A stretch of DNA of 64,000 nt from Polyangiales bacterium (GTDB lineage Bacteria > Myxococcota_A > Polyangia > Polyangiales > Ga0077539). Made by a program: the position numbers and the translations under genes. Numbering within the stretch: position 1 is the stretch's first letter; each line of letters begins with the position of its first letter. This document shows, in pieces, positions 23,416-35,908 of the stretch. The stretch covers positions 1 through 64,000 of the forward strand of contig JBGARZ010000023.1 of assembly GCA_044229975.1 (NCBI GenBank), written 5' to 3'. The notes under the pieces are model-generated. The model worked only from the letters and a program-made list of their open reading frames with translations, ran no database searches and had not been told where the DNA came from.

Positions 23416-23556
23416 TGCTTCTCCCCGCAAGGTTACGGCAGCGGCGCGGCTCCCCGACCTCGATGCGTCCACACGTCAGAGCGTGGGTACTGTCGAAGTC
23501 GGGGTTCACCGTTCACCGGCGGCCTCCCCGCCAAAAGGCGGGCGCTCTATCGTTGA

Positions 23557-23862
23557 TCAGTGCTGATGACCGCACGGATCGTAGTGGCAGTCCTCGTGAT
23601 GATCGCCGCCACCGTGGTGCGCGCACGCGTCAGCAGTACGCCAGCAGGAGTGATCACCCTCGTCGTGGTACGGGGCATTGGCCGGGCAGCAGTGCTCGCC
23701 GCTCTGGAGGGGCGTCGTCCCGGTGTTGTCCGTCACGACAGCAGCCACAGTTCCCGCCGACCCCGTCGGCACGTCGGTTGAGGCCGTCGCGCGCCCCACC
23801 CCCGCGGCGGTCGAGAACACAATCGCACAGGCTGTCAGCACGAACTTGATCGAAATCTTCAT
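23557..23862 (-). CDS. Secreted His/Cys-rich peptide (TPLQ-leader type)
   Basis: AGGAG RBS; signal peptide; TTPLQ followed by a core with 6 Cys and 10 His. Confidence 0.75.
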   Translation of the reverse strand: MKISIKFVLTACAIVFSTAAGVGRATASTDVPTGSAGTVAAVVTDNTGTTPLQSGEHCCPANAPYHDEGDHSCWRTADACAHHGGGDHHEDCHYDPCGHQH

Positions 23863-24078
23863 GACGGTTCTCCTATGGGAGCCAGACTCGTGACGTTCAC
23901 GAGACGTTCCAGACGTCTGGCTTGGTCAGCCCTCTCCCGCTTTTCCCGATATCCGAGGGTGGGGGACTGTCAAGCCTCATTTTACCGGGAGTAACTTTTT
24001 TCTCGCCCCAATCCGGCACGGTGGCTGCGATGGGCCTACGACGCCGGATCACAGGTGCGGGATGACCCGTCCCCCAGA

Positions 24079-25434
24079 TCACGAACGTCGGGATCGATCG
24101 GTACAGCGTCGCCGCCTGACCACCCCGAGCACCAGAGCCGACCCGATGCTCCAGCCACCGGGCCCATGTCCGCCCAGTCTGCCCCGCGCCCCCACCGCGC
24201 AGCCGCTGTCCTCCATCGGTCCCACCGTGCCGTCGCGCGCTGTTCCTCCGTCCAGCCCCGCGCCTGCGTCGGGCAGGCTCCCGAACCCGCTCCTCACCGT
24301 CGACCAGGTCGGCGCGCACACGTCGCGCACCGCTGTCCCCGCGGGGCAGGCCGTCGGTGGCCCCAGCGTTCGGAAGTCCACCAGCGGGACCACGGTCCGC
24401 CCGTCGTCGTCCGAGCGCGCCAGGTTGAAGCCATCGATCACATGGTTGCCGCACACGTAGAGCGCCCCGGCGTGCCAGCGCAGGCACTGCACCTGCACCC
24501 CGGACACGCGCTCGAAGGGACCGCCCGCCACCGAGCGCAACAGCCCGTCCTCGGGACCGCCCACCCAGACCGTGCGTCCGTCACCCGACAGCGCGAACCC
24601 GCGCATCGCGCCGACCGTCCGCGTGAGCTCGGTGAAGTGCGCGCCCCCGTCCGATGAGCGCAGGAGCAGCGTCGCGCCCAGCTCCCCTGGGCGCCGGGGA
24701 TCGTCCACGAACGAGCGCAGGTACACCACGTCGGGGTCCGTCGGATCGACCGCGGAGAGCCACCCCTCGGCACCGCCCTGCAGATCGAGCGGCGACTCCA
24801 CGAGCGTCGACCCTCCGTCGTCCGAGCGGTAGAGGAGGTCGCGCGCAGGGTTCGCCGCGCGGGCCGTGAGGTACACCCGCCGCGGGTTCGAGGGCGCCGC
24901 CTCCAACGTGAGAAACAGCACCCCAGGGGCGCCGTCGTAGACCGTGCGAAAGCTCCGTCCGCCGTCAATAGAGGCGCGCACCCGGTTGACGAGGCCGGAC
25001 GTCAGGGGGTCGCGATACGAGCCGACCCAATGCACCGTGCGCCCGTCCTCCGTGGCGCTCACGTCGGCCGTGAAGTCGGTGCCGACCTCGGGCACCGCCG
25101 CCGAGGAGCAGACGTCCGCGGTGCGCCGAAGGCCCGTCGGAACCCCCAACATCAGGGGTGGGATACCGTCCTTGCCCGGCGCGCCGAAGGCCACCGGCGG
25201 GTCCCAGACGGCCGAGTTCGCATAGTCGAGGGCGCCCTCGCACATCCACGACCAGCGACGGCCCTCGTCCTCGCCGATCAGCACTCCGAAGGTCGTCCGC
25301 AGCACCATCCGGGCGGGGCGCGCGCCTGCGCTCACCTGCACCATCTGCGCGGTCGGGAAGCGACCGTTGGCCAGGGTTCCCGTCGCCGCAGTGAGCAAGG
25401 CGAGCCCGAGGGCGAGACTCCGGGGCGCGGTCAT
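24079..25434 (-). CDS. BNR/Asp-box beta-propeller (NGRFP family) with MYXO-CTERM-like tail, paralog 3
   Basis: TLA-NGRFP; WMCE; Asp-boxes; SGCAV...LVLGVVRRRR. Confidence 0.85.
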   Translation of the reverse strand: MTAPRSLALGLALLTAATGTLANGRFPTAQMVQVSAGARPARMVLRTTFGVLIGEDEGRRWSWMCEGALDYANSAVWDPPVAFGAPGKDGIPPLMLGVPTGLRRTADVCSSAAVPEVGTDFTADVSATEDGRTVHWVGSYRDPLTSGLVNRVRASIDGGRSFRTVYDGAPGVLFLTLEAAPSNPRRVYLTARAANPARDLLYRSDDGGSTLVESPLDLQGGAEGWLSAVDPTDPDVVYLRSFVDDPRRPGELGATLLLRSSDGGAHFTELTRTVGAMRGFALSGDGRTVWVGGPEDGLLRSVAGGPFERVSGVQVQCLRWHAGALYVCGNHVIDGFNLARSDDDGRTVVPLVDFRTLGPPTACPAGTAVRDVCAPTWSTVRSGFGSLPDAGAGLDGGTARDGTVGPMEDSGCAVGARGRLGGHGPGGWSIGSALVLGVVRRRRCTDRSRRS

Positions 25435-25827
25435 CGTCTCAGTGTAGCCCCAACGGCGGTTTCGCCGGGAAGGCGGCGAAGGCCACGCCTACGGCGGCGC
25501 GGGCTACCCTACGCCCTCCATCGGCGCCGATGGAACCCCTGGTTCTCGCCTCATACCTAGGTCTGACCGTGAGCCGACCTGGGTGCTCGGGCCGCACGCC
25601 GTGGCCGTCCCGTCCACGAGGCGGAATCGAGAGCAGCGGGTCGACGTGGCCACCACCCTTGTTTTCAGGGGAATAGGAACCGGACACCGAATTCCTCACC
25701 CTACCCTGCGCGAGGCCGGCCACGGCGGTGTTAGCGTCGGCCCCGGACGGACCTGGGCACCAAATCAAGGACGTCTGCTGGCGTGTTCCCGCGCCAGCGT
25801 CGCATGCCGCCCGGCACCTGGTGAACG

Positions 25828-27732
<1,905 letters not shown>

Positions 27733-28184
27733 TCGGCCGGTCCCACGAGATGGGCAACCAGCCTTACGCGGCGTGCTGAATGTCGCGTGGCGTCCAGAGC
27801 ATGGGTTCGAGCGCAGTCGGTATGCCGTGGATGCGCAGCAGGCATCCGTGGTCGGGTGAGCGTCGGTTGCGCTCGAAGCACGTCTGCCAGGTCCGTCGTC
27901 GGTGGGCGCGTTCGTCGCGGGAGTGGAAGAGAGCCGCGGGGTGCGGCGTGACCAGCGAAGAGGGCGCAACCTCTACCGCCTGACCGTGCAGGGCCTCGCG
28001 CAACCATCGTCGCGTGTGGCTCGCCGCGAGGTCCACCCACCACACGGCCTTCGGTCCCAACGGCCTCGCACTCGCGCCGGGCGGCATCGTCGTCGGTGAC
28101 GTCTGGGCGGGCACCACGCGCGCCGGGGCCGCGATGAAGCGCGGCGCGAGGGTGGGCCGCGACCCAAGCGGAGACGCGGGCGTA

Positions 28185-28578
28185 TTCGAACTCGACCCGG
28201 AGGACGCCGCCGAGCGGCGCACGCTCGTGCGGGTGCTCGCGATCAATCTGCCGCAGGTCGCGGTGGCCGGCGTCACAGGCGTCCAGCGCCGCGTCCTGGG
28301 CGGTCCTGGGCGCTCCTGGGCGCGGCGCTGGACAACCTCGGCAACGCTCTGTCTACGTCGTCGCCCTCTACGCGGTGGGCAGGTCGGTCGTCGCCAAGGC
28401 ACGAACCGCGCGGCTGTCGGGCATGCTCCTGATCGGGCTGGCCGCGGCGCTGCTGGTCGGGGTCGTCCGGCGCTTCATGACGGGGTCCGATCCGATCGGG
28501 TGGGCGATGATGGTGGCCATCGCCGGGGTCTCGCTCACGGGCGCTGGAAGATCCCGGGGGAGGCGCGCCAGACGCTGA
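28185..28578 (+). pseudogene. CDF-family cation transporter remnant
   Basis: Fragments ERRTLVRVLAINL, LLGAALDNLG, ALYAVGRS...VRRFMTGSDPIG lie in different frames and are truncated. Confidence 0.6.
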
Positions 28579-28867
28579 CCCTGGCAGCCGCGAAGGAGAC
28601 ATCCCGGCCCCGCTCGGAGCGGTGCGCGAACCGCTGATTCAGGGCGGGTGGCAAAGCGCCTGACCGGTCGCGATCCTCGGCGGATTCCGGCCCATCAGCG
28701 ACCACCGCTTCGGGCCCATGATCCTCCGGCGCGGGCTTGAGAGTCTCGTGACCGCGGCGACCGCCATCGCGGCACTGGAGTCGATCGTGACCCTCACGAA
28801 ACCTCCGCTTCTACGCGGCCAGCAACAACACCTGCGCTTCCAGGCGGATCATCGTCTGAAAACCCTC

Positions 28868-29884
28868 TCAGGGCCGAGGGACCGGCCGCACCTGCGGGGG
28901 CATCGTCTCGTGGTCGTGGCCGTGGCCGAACGAGAACGCATAGCCCGCGCTCACGCGGAACTGCTCGTTGTTCGAGACGCCCTGGAAGGACTGCCAGAGG
29001 GGCAGCGAGCCCGCGACGAAGAAGCTGTGCGCGCCGAAGGCGAGGCGCACGCCGGGCGTGATGAAGAGCGACGACACGCCACTGTTGGTCTTCACCGCGT
29101 CCTGCTCGATGTCCCGCTCCTGGAAGAAGGCGTTGAGCTCGACGGACGGCACGAGGAAGCGCCCGAGCGACACCCCGAAGGCGACGTCAGCCTGGAGCGA
29201 GTTCCCGCTGCGGAAGGAGCCCGCGCCCTCGGTGTTGACGCGGGCGAGGACGTCGGCGGACACCAGGAGGCGCCCGAGGAACCGGCCGCTGTACGCTGCC
29301 CCGAACTGGAAGTCCGCCGAGCCGCTCCCGGGCTGGTTGTGCGTGCCCACGAGGTCGCCCTGGTTGGTGCGCTGCCGGATGTCGCCCGTCGGCAGCTTCA
29401 ACCCCAGCAGGGCGGCGAGGTGGTGCTCCCCCACGTGCAGGAGCTGGTAGCGCCCGAAGAGGAGCAGGTCGCCCAGTCCCTGGGAGACGTCCGTCCGCGA
29501 CAGGGCATTGTTCGCCAGCGCGTACCGGTCGCCGTTGTCGAGGAAGTCCTCAAAACGGTTGGCCTGGAGCAGCACGCTCAGGTCCCAGCGCGGGGCGAGG
29601 GGGACGGTCACCCCGAGAAGGGCCGTGTGCTCACGCGCGTGCTGATGGACGTTCTCCCCCTGGCGCTGGAACGCGAGCAACTCCTGCTCCGTGAACAGGC
29701 CGTAGGAGCGAAGGTCGTAGCGAAGCGAGACCGCGACGCCCTCCGCGACCTCCCCGCCGATCGTGTTGACCCCGACGCCCCCGACCCCCCGAACCGACTC
29801 GCCGTGACCGAACGCGGGCCGAGTCCCGCCGGCCAACACCCCAAAGACTGCGACACCGCACGCCCAAACGACCCCTGGCTTCAT
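28868..29884 (-). CDS. Putative outer-membrane beta-barrel 'transporter' (MetA-pathway-like), His-decorated
   Basis: Signal AFG-HGE; GLGDLLL, GLKLPTG, QPGSGSADF; VHQHAREH loop and GHGHDHE tail. Confidence 0.7.
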   Translation of the reverse strand: MKPGVVWACGVAVFGVLAGGTRPAFGHGESVRGVGGVGVNTIGGEVAEGVAVSLRYDLRSYGLFTEQELLAFQRQGENVHQHAREHTALLGVTVPLAPRWDLSVLLQANRFEDFLDNGDRYALANNALSRTDVSQGLGDLLLFGRYQLLHVGEHHLAALLGLKLPTGDIRQRTNQGDLVGTHNQPGSGSADFQFGAAYSGRFLGRLLVSADVLARVNTEGAGSFRSGNSLQADVAFGVSLGRFLVPSVELNAFFQERDIEQDAVKTNSGVSSLFITPGVRLAFGAHSFFVAGSLPLWQSFQGVSNNEQFRVSAGYAFSFGHGHDHETMPPQVRPVPRP

Positions 29885-30410
29885 GAACTCTCCACCTCAA
29901 GATCCGTGCGATGCGGCGAACTCTGGATTGAGCGTCACCCCCGCCGGGTGCCCTGCTCCGCGACCGGAGACCGGAAGGTATTTTCAGGCACCGCGACCGC
30001 CCCACGGGCATCGATGAAAGGCGATGGCATGATTTAATAATTCGTGTCGCGAGCTTTCCTCCGGCGGTGAAGTGCGGTGACAGCGAGTCGAAACGCCCCG
30101 CGGGTCGACCACGTCCTTGGCTGAGCAGGGTGGAGATCGAGATTGTCGCGTGGCAGGTCGCGCGCAGCGCCGCCGGTGCGCGCATTCAGTGGATGTTCAC
30201 GCTCGCTTGAGCGGGCGCGCGAGAGGTTGGGGCGGGTCTACCGTCTACAGCCAGCTCATGACACCGCGTGATGCACCGGTTGATCTGGATGGCGGTAGTG
30301 CAACGCGGCCAGCTCTCACTGATGGGACTGGTCACCGCCCGGTGGCGGCGCGATCCCGTCCTCATCCACCATCACGCGATTGCGGTCGCGCCAATCGTCG
30401 TCGCGGATGC

Positions 30411-31307
30411 TCAGCCAGCGTGCTCCGGCGCCCCGACCCCTACCCGCCCCCACCGACGGGCGTTCTCGTCCCACTCCTCGAAGGTCCCCCGCTCGATGTC
30501 GTAGTACCAGCCGTGCAGATGCACGACTCCATCGGCGAGCCGGTCACGCACCGCCGGGTAGGTGCGCAAGTTCGCCAGCTGGATCCGCACGTTGGCGCGC
30601 GCGGCGTCGTCGTGCGAGCCCAGTGGCCTCAGTTCGGCGAGAGCCTGGCGCGGAGCGTCGAGCCAACGGTTCACGCTCGGTAGTTCAGCCGTCTCTGGCG
30701 CCAGCATGGCCTTGATGGCGCCGCACGCGGAGTGACCACACACCACCACGTCCTCGACGCCCAGTGCGCAGAGGGCGTACTCCACCGCAGCCCCCTCGGC
30801 GGGGGTCGCGTCGTCGCCGAAAGGCGGCACCAGGTTGCCCACGTTGCGCACGATGAAGAGTTCGCCGGGGTCGGTGGTAGTCACAAGATTGGGCACGATG
30901 CGGCTGTCGGCGCAGGTGATGAACAGCGTGTGCGGCGTCTGCGCAACGGCGAGCCGGAAGAAGAGCGCCGCGTAGCGGTCGAGCTGCTGGCGCCGGAAGA
31001 TCTCCAAGCCCCGCACCAGGCGCTCCTTCGGGCACGTGCGGCGCGAGAATTCGAGGAGGCGCATGGCGTCGTCATCGTCCACCGCGAAGCTCGCGGCGAC
31101 CCCGCGTGACGGGTCCGCCTCGGTCAGTCGGCGCGCCACGGCCCCGGAGAGCCCTACGAGGGCGGTGCGCCGATCCGCGGCGGTGCGCGCGCCCACCAGC
31201 GCCGCGAGCGCAGACGCCTCCGCGACGTCGAGGTCGTGCATGGAGGTCAGGTCGAGCACGACGCTATCGGCGAGCGTGTGGGAGGCCGTGCCCCCGCAGC
31301 GTCGCAA
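30411..31307 (-). CDS. Beta-carbonic anhydrase with degenerate STAS N-terminus (likely a truncated SulP-STAS-CA fusion)
   Basis: FITCADSR, GELFIVRNVGN, VCGHSACGA; upstream VVLDLTSMHDLD and an out-of-frame FHLSAPLT (STAS-like). Start uncertain. Confidence 0.8.
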   Translation of the reverse strand: MRRCGGTASHTLADSVVLDLTSMHDLDVAEASALAALVGARTAADRRTALVGLSGAVARRLTEADPSRGVAASFAVDDDDAMRLLEFSRRTCPKERLVRGLEIFRRQQLDRYAALFFRLAVAQTPHTLFITCADSRIVPNLVTTTDPGELFIVRNVGNLVPPFGDDATPAEGAAVEYALCALGVEDVVVCGHSACGAIKAMLAPETAELPSVNRWLDAPRQALAELRPLGSHDDAARANVRIQLANLRTYPAVRDRLADGVVHLHGWYYDIERGTFEEWDENARRWGRVGVGAPEHAG

Positions 31308-31523
31308 GGTCGTCGGACGTCAGGGGAGCGCTCAGGTGGAATCGGCTGACCGCGTGCAGCATCTGGGTCAAGGGCATCGGGAGACCTCCAGGCGACGGCG
31401 ATTCGTGAGAGGTTGCGGAGCATAGACGAGCGAGCGCGTGAACTGGTGCGCGCTGGCTTCGTGGTCGGCGCGCCGCGACGTGCGTCGCCTCTCACTCCGT
31501 CGGCATCGAGGAGACTGCGACCT

Positions 31524-32429
31524 GTGCTGCCCTACAAACCTCGCGACTGGCTGCGGCTGCTGCTCCGGATCCGAGGCTCGTTCGCGCGGGGCGTCCCGCT
31601 GCGCATCCTCGCGTTCGGGGCCATCGCGGCGGTCGTCACGGAGATCGACCGGCGGGGAGTGACCCTCCACCTGCCGGCGGGTGTTCACGAGGCGGGGGGG
31701 GCCGTCATCGCGCTGGTCCTCGCCTTTCGCGTCAACACTGGATACAACCGCTTCTGGGAGGGGCGCACGCTCTGGGGCGCCATCGTCAACGCGAGCCGCA
31801 ACCTCAACCGCATCGTGTACCGCCACGCCGCGCAGAGCCCGGATGACGCGCGGACGTTTGCTGTATGGGTTGTGACCTTCGCGCACGCCGCCCGGCGCCG
31901 GCTCCGGGGTGAGGCGCAATGTCCTGAGATCGAATACCTCCTGGGCCCCGAGCAGTACGCCTCCCTGACCGGGCTGGGGTCGCCACCGCTGGTGGCGGCT
32001 TCGGAACTCTCGCGGCGAATCCAGGCACTCCTCGCGCGCGGCGCCATCGACGCGAAGTTCGCGGTCCAGGCGGAGGCCGAAGTGAACGTGCTGGTCAACA
32101 GCCTGGGCGGCTGCGAGCGCATCCTGAAGACACCGACGCCGCTCGGGCTGGTGCTACTCATCGAGCGCCTTATCGCGCTCTACCTCTCGACGCTGCCCTT
32201 CAACCTCCTCGGCCGGGTCGAGGTCTTCACGCCCCTCATCACGATGCTGATCGCCTATCCGATCCTCATGATCGACGCTCTCGGGGCCGAGTTTGACGAG
32301 CCCTTCGGGCACGACGCCAACGACTTGCCACTGACCCGCATCTGCACCACGATTGAGCGCGACCTCCTGGGCAGCGAGCCACCAGCGGAGATGGTCTTCG
32401 CGGGGGCGGCAACCACCGCCGAGGATTGA
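31524..32429 (+). CDS. Bestrophin-family anion channel (YneE/UPF0187-like)
   Basis: GAGGAG RBS; LAFRVNTGYNRFWEGRTLWG, GGCERILKTP, DEPFGHDANDLP. Confidence 0.9.
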   Translation: MLPYKPRDWLRLLLRIRGSFARGVPLRILAFGAIAAVVTEIDRRGVTLHLPAGVHEAGGAVIALVLAFRVNTGYNRFWEGRTLWGAIVNASRNLNRIVYRHAAQSPDDARTFAVWVVTFAHAARRRLRGEAQCPEIEYLLGPEQYASLTGLGSPPLVAASELSRRIQALLARGAIDAKFAVQAEAEVNVLVNSLGGCERILKTPTPLGLVLLIERLIALYLSTLPFNLLGRVEVFTPLITMLIAYPILMIDALGAEFDEPFGHDANDLPLTRICTTIERDLLGSEPPAEMVFAGAATTAED

Positions 32430-32530
32430 GTTGGGGTGTCCATCGTACGCGCTGAACCGTTGGGGATGGGGCGACCCCGTGCCTACGCTGAGAGCACCCT
32501 GCGTCAGGCCGCCGATCGGCTCGACGAGCG

Positions 32531-32758
32531 TCAGTGCTGGACGTAGACCGTCTGGCCGTGTGTCGGCTGCCCGTAGACCGTCTGGCCGTGTGTCGGCTGC
32601 CCGTAGACCGTCTGGCCGTGTGTCGGCTGGACATACCCGTGCTGGTGGGTGGGTTGGCCGTAGGCAGGTGCGTGATGATCATGCATCAGACACCCACCCA
32701 ACAGCGCACTCATCATGACGACGACGGAGGAGGACAATGCGAGTTTCATGTAGACCAT
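32531..32758 (-). CDS. Small His-rich lipoprotein with (YGQPTHGQTV) repeats
   Basis: LLGGC lipobox; HDHH immediately after; decapeptide repeats. Confidence 0.65.
   Translation of the reverse strand: MVYMKLALSSSVVVMMSALLGGCLMHDHHAPAYGQPTHQHGYVQPTHGQTVYGQPTHGQTVYGQPTHGQTVYVQH
32542..32629. repeat. 30-bp tandem repeat x3 (coding)
   Basis: CGTAGACCGTCTGGCCGTGTGTCGGCTGCC repeated; the third unit diverges at its last two bases. Confidence 0.95.
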
Positions 32759-32934
32759 GTTGATGCTCTCTTGCTTGTGAGATGTAATCCCGTAGGTTCA
32801 TGTGGATAGGGTTTGTTGCAAGCCTTGACCTATACACAGGGTTCTGTCCGAGCACAATGCCCTGCGTTCGACGTGCCCCGACGCCCCCATGACGAAACCA
32901 CACCACTTTCGTCTTCAGGTCAGGACCTTTGGAG

Positions 32935-33204
32935 TCAGTGACCGTGGCCACGTCGGCCATTGCCAGTCCACACCGGCGTCCCGTGCGGGGTGTAGCCACC
33001 GTGGCCCTGGTAGGGCGTGGGGATGATTCGCGGGGCGTAGACCGGCGCCTGCTGAACTGGGGCGTAGACGGGCACGGTCCATTGCCCGTGGCCGCCGTGG
33101 TGCCCCGGACCGCCGTACTGGTTGCCCCCATGGTGTTGTGCCATCGCGGTACCACCAGCGAGGAGAAGTCCGAGCGACAGGCTGAGAGTGGAGATGAAGT
33201 TCAT
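32935..33204 (-). CDS. Small secreted His/Gly/Tyr-rich peptide
   Basis: GGAGG RBS; signal AMA-QHHGG; GHHGGHG, PVYAP x2, GHGH tail. Confidence 0.7.
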   Translation of the reverse strand: MNFISTLSLSLGLLLAGGTAMAQHHGGNQYGGPGHHGGHGQWTVPVYAPVQQAPVYAPRIIPTPYQGHGGYTPHGTPVWTGNGRRGHGH

Positions 33205-33647
33205 GATGTCCTCCGTGAGGTTTGGTTGTCGACGTCACGCATCCCCGACATCCGAGGTCAGGAAGGGCTTCGTTGGGGGTGTCGAGAGTCTACCGCTCCG
33301 CCGAAATCTGGGCGTCCTGGCGAACGGCATTTGCAGTCCTCGTGCCGCTCGTCGTCGCGGCGTCGGGCCCATGAGCAACGGTTGACGAACCACCTGCCAC
33401 GCTGGTGAAAATCGCACCTCTGGCGAGCGCTAACGGGATGCTGTTGGATTCTAGGAACGGGGGGACACCGCACCGTGTGAACCCGCGGCTTCAGCGTTGT
33501 GAGCCGCAGGTAACAGTCACGACTGTCCGCGCGCCCGGCGACCGATCAGCGCCTGGTCGTTGGTCTCCACCACGTCGACGCGCACGCGATTGTCGAGAGC
33601 GTCGATCACCGCACACGTCGTGCTTGCGGCATGCACATCCAATCCGT

Positions 33648-33668
33648 CCTCGCGCATAACTTCGACAC
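33648..33668 (+). repeat. 21-bp direct repeat, copy 2
   Basis: CCTCGCGCATAACTTCGACAC, matching 18729-18749. Confidence 0.7.
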
Positions 33669-33677
33669 ACCGGCGGG

Positions 33678-34170
33678 TCACGCGGCGACGAGGATCATGC
33701 TGAGCTTCCAGGTCTCGTCGAGGGCCACGGAGATCAGCCGCTCGATGCCCGCGCGCGGCATCGTCCGAGGCGCTCGCCGGTGGTGTCGCCCCAGAGGCCG
33801 ATCAGTCCACCATCGCGGTGAGGGTGCGGCGCAGGGTGCTGTCCGAGCAGGCGATCCAGGGCGACAGACCAGCCAGGACGAAGAAGGTGCGGAGCGTCGT
33901 GGCTCCAGCTCCGCCCATCACGCCGAAGACGAAGAGCGCGGCGAGGACGATGCAGACCGCGTGTGCCCTCCGGGCTGTCGAGGAAGGACGAGAGCGACGG
34001 GCGGTCGGGGTCGCGTCGATGTCGCGCGAACCAGCCGCCCAGGTGCGACGCGCCAAGCTGCGCCGTCGGGCGGCGGCGCGCAGGGTGGATGCGCCCGCGT
34101 GGGCCATGTCGGCGGCGCGCTCGAAGCGGGGGAAGTGCGCGAGGCACGAGGCCCTTGGGTCGCCGAAGAA
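33678..34170 (-). mobile_element. Degraded transposase remnant (DUF6399/ISNCY-like)
   Basis: Frameshifted pieces FLDSPEG, VLAALFVFGVMGGAG...FFVLAGLSPWIACS and ISVALDETW..MILVA resemble the N-terminal half of that family (from recall). Confidence 0.5.
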
Positions 34171-34444
34171 ACTTGGGCAGGGGTGAGGAGCACGGTCCGT
34201 CCTCGGGTGCGAGGGGTGGCGTAGAGAACCGCTCTCATGCCCCCGGTCGGGCCGTGCGTTCAACCCCTGGGGAGCTCCTGCCCGGGGCTATGCTCGTTCA
34301 GCATGGCGCAGATAGACGGGTAGCCCGGTCTTGCTTCGCCCGGTCGCTCAGGTATCTGTCCCCAGACGCGCGGTCGCCCGCGCCGCGTGAGGACGCCGTC
34401 GTCGGAGAGCCCGACGGACACCCCACCGGAAAGACCGCCCAGAC

Positions 34445-35908
34445 ATGACAGGCCACTTTGCAGCGCGGGTCGGAATGCTTCTCGCGGGCATGTTGCTGAC
34501 CCCCGCGCCAGTGAGCGCGAACGGTCGCTTCCCGACGGCGGGCTACTTCGTCGCAGGCCCCGGGGTCCGCAATGACGTGTTCGCGCTGCGTACCACCTTC
34601 GGCGTGCTCGCCTCGCGCGACGCCGGGCAGACGTGGACGTGGGTCTGCGAGGCCGCCTACAACCAGATCGGCGCGAGCGACCCCACGCTCTCCATCGGCG
34701 CCGACGGAACCCTGGTTCTCGCCTCGTACCTCGGGCTGATTGCGAGCGACGGCGACTACTGCTCCTGGCCCAGGCTGGCCGGAGTGCCGCAGCGGGATTT
34801 CGCCGACGTGACCAACACCGCCGACGGGCGCTCGCTGGTCGCGCTCGCGGGGCCCGATGGTGAGAACGCGCTCTACCTCTCCAGCGACGCCGGCCACACC
34901 TGGGAGTTGGGGGCTCGCCTCACCGGATACGCGACCGAGACCGTGGACGTCGCGCCCGGCGATCGCCTGCGCGTGTACGTCACCGGCTACGGCAGCGGCG
35001 GGCGACCGGTGCTGCTGCGGAGTGACGACGGTGGTCGTACCGTGCGCGAGGTCACGAGGGATTTCCTGGGAAACCAGAACATCTATATCGCCGGGGTCGA
35101 TGCGACGCGCCCCGACATGATCTACCTCCGCGCCATGAACGGCCTCGCGACCACGCTGCTGCGCAGCGAGGACGGCGGGGCGACGATGCGGGCCGTCGGA
35201 CGGACCGCGCGGGACATGCTGGGCTTCGCGCTCTCCGACGACGGGGAGACCGTCTGGATCGCGAGCGCCGACCGCGCGGAAGGCATCCTGCGGTCGGAGC
35301 GCGGAGGGCCCTGGGTTCGCATGGCGGCGGACGTGGGCGTGAAGTGTCTGCGCTTCCACGCGGGCACGCTGTTCGTGTGTGCGGACGAGGCGCGCGACGG
35401 CTTCGCGCTGGGCTATTCCCACGACGGTGGCGACCACGTCGACCCGCTGCTCTCGTTCCGCTTGGTGGACGGGACGACCACGACGTGCGGCTCGAGCACC
35501 CAGGTCGGCGCCACCTGTCCCGCCCTCTGGTCCTCGGAGACGATCCTGCTGCGGAGCGTTGACGCGAGCGTGCCGAACGCTCCGGTCTTCCACGACGCCA
35601 GCACCGATCATGGGGTCATCACCGACCGCCTTCCGCCGCTCGACACCTACGTCCCGCCGTCGGACGGGGCGACGGTGCGCGACGCGGGTCGTGGACTCGA
35701 CGCGGCGGTCGTGAGCGGGACTGACGCTGCGATGGACGCTCAGCGTCCTCTCGACGCGGCGGTAGGATCGACCGGCCCCGCAGGTGGTTGCGGCTGCTAC
35801 GTCGCCAGTCGCGATGCATCGAGCGATCGGGGTGGGGCGTGCGTCGCGCTGGCCGTGTGGGTCACGTTCGCGGGAACATCAAGGCGCGCGCGGCGTCGGC
35901 GGCGATGA
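34445..35908 (+). CDS. BNR/Asp-box beta-propeller (NGRFP family) with MYXO-CTERM-like tail, paralog 4
   Basis: VSA-NGRFP; Asp-boxes; GGCGC...RRARRRR. Confidence 0.88.
   Translation: MTGHFAARVGMLLAGMLLTPAPVSANGRFPTAGYFVAGPGVRNDVFALRTTFGVLASRDAGQTWTWVCEAAYNQIGASDPTLSIGADGTLVLASYLGLIASDGDYCSWPRLAGVPQRDFADVTNTADGRSLVALAGPDGENALYLSSDAGHTWELGARLTGYATETVDVAPGDRLRVYVTGYGSGGRPVLLRSDDGGRTVREVTRDFLGNQNIYIAGVDATRPDMIYLRAMNGLATTLLRSEDGGATMRAVGRTARDMLGFALSDDGETVWIASADRAEGILRSERGGPWVRMAADVGVKCLRFHAGTLFVCADEARDGFALGYSHDGGDHVDPLLSFRLVDGTTTTCGSSTQVGATCPALWSSETILLRSVDASVPNAPVFHDASTDHGVITDRLPPLDTYVPPSDGATVRDAGRGLDAAVVSGTDAAMDAQRPLDAAVGSTGPAGGCGCYVASRDASSDRGGACVALAVWVTFAGTSRRARRRRR

Noticed and set aside
27750..28180. 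Possible gene between the kinase and the CDF remnant
   Set aside because: Fragmented frames with stops and no family motif that I recognise.
33648..33680. dif/loxP-like site (CGCATAACTTCG)
   Set aside because: Only a half-site resemblance; there is no XerD arm or second inverted arm.
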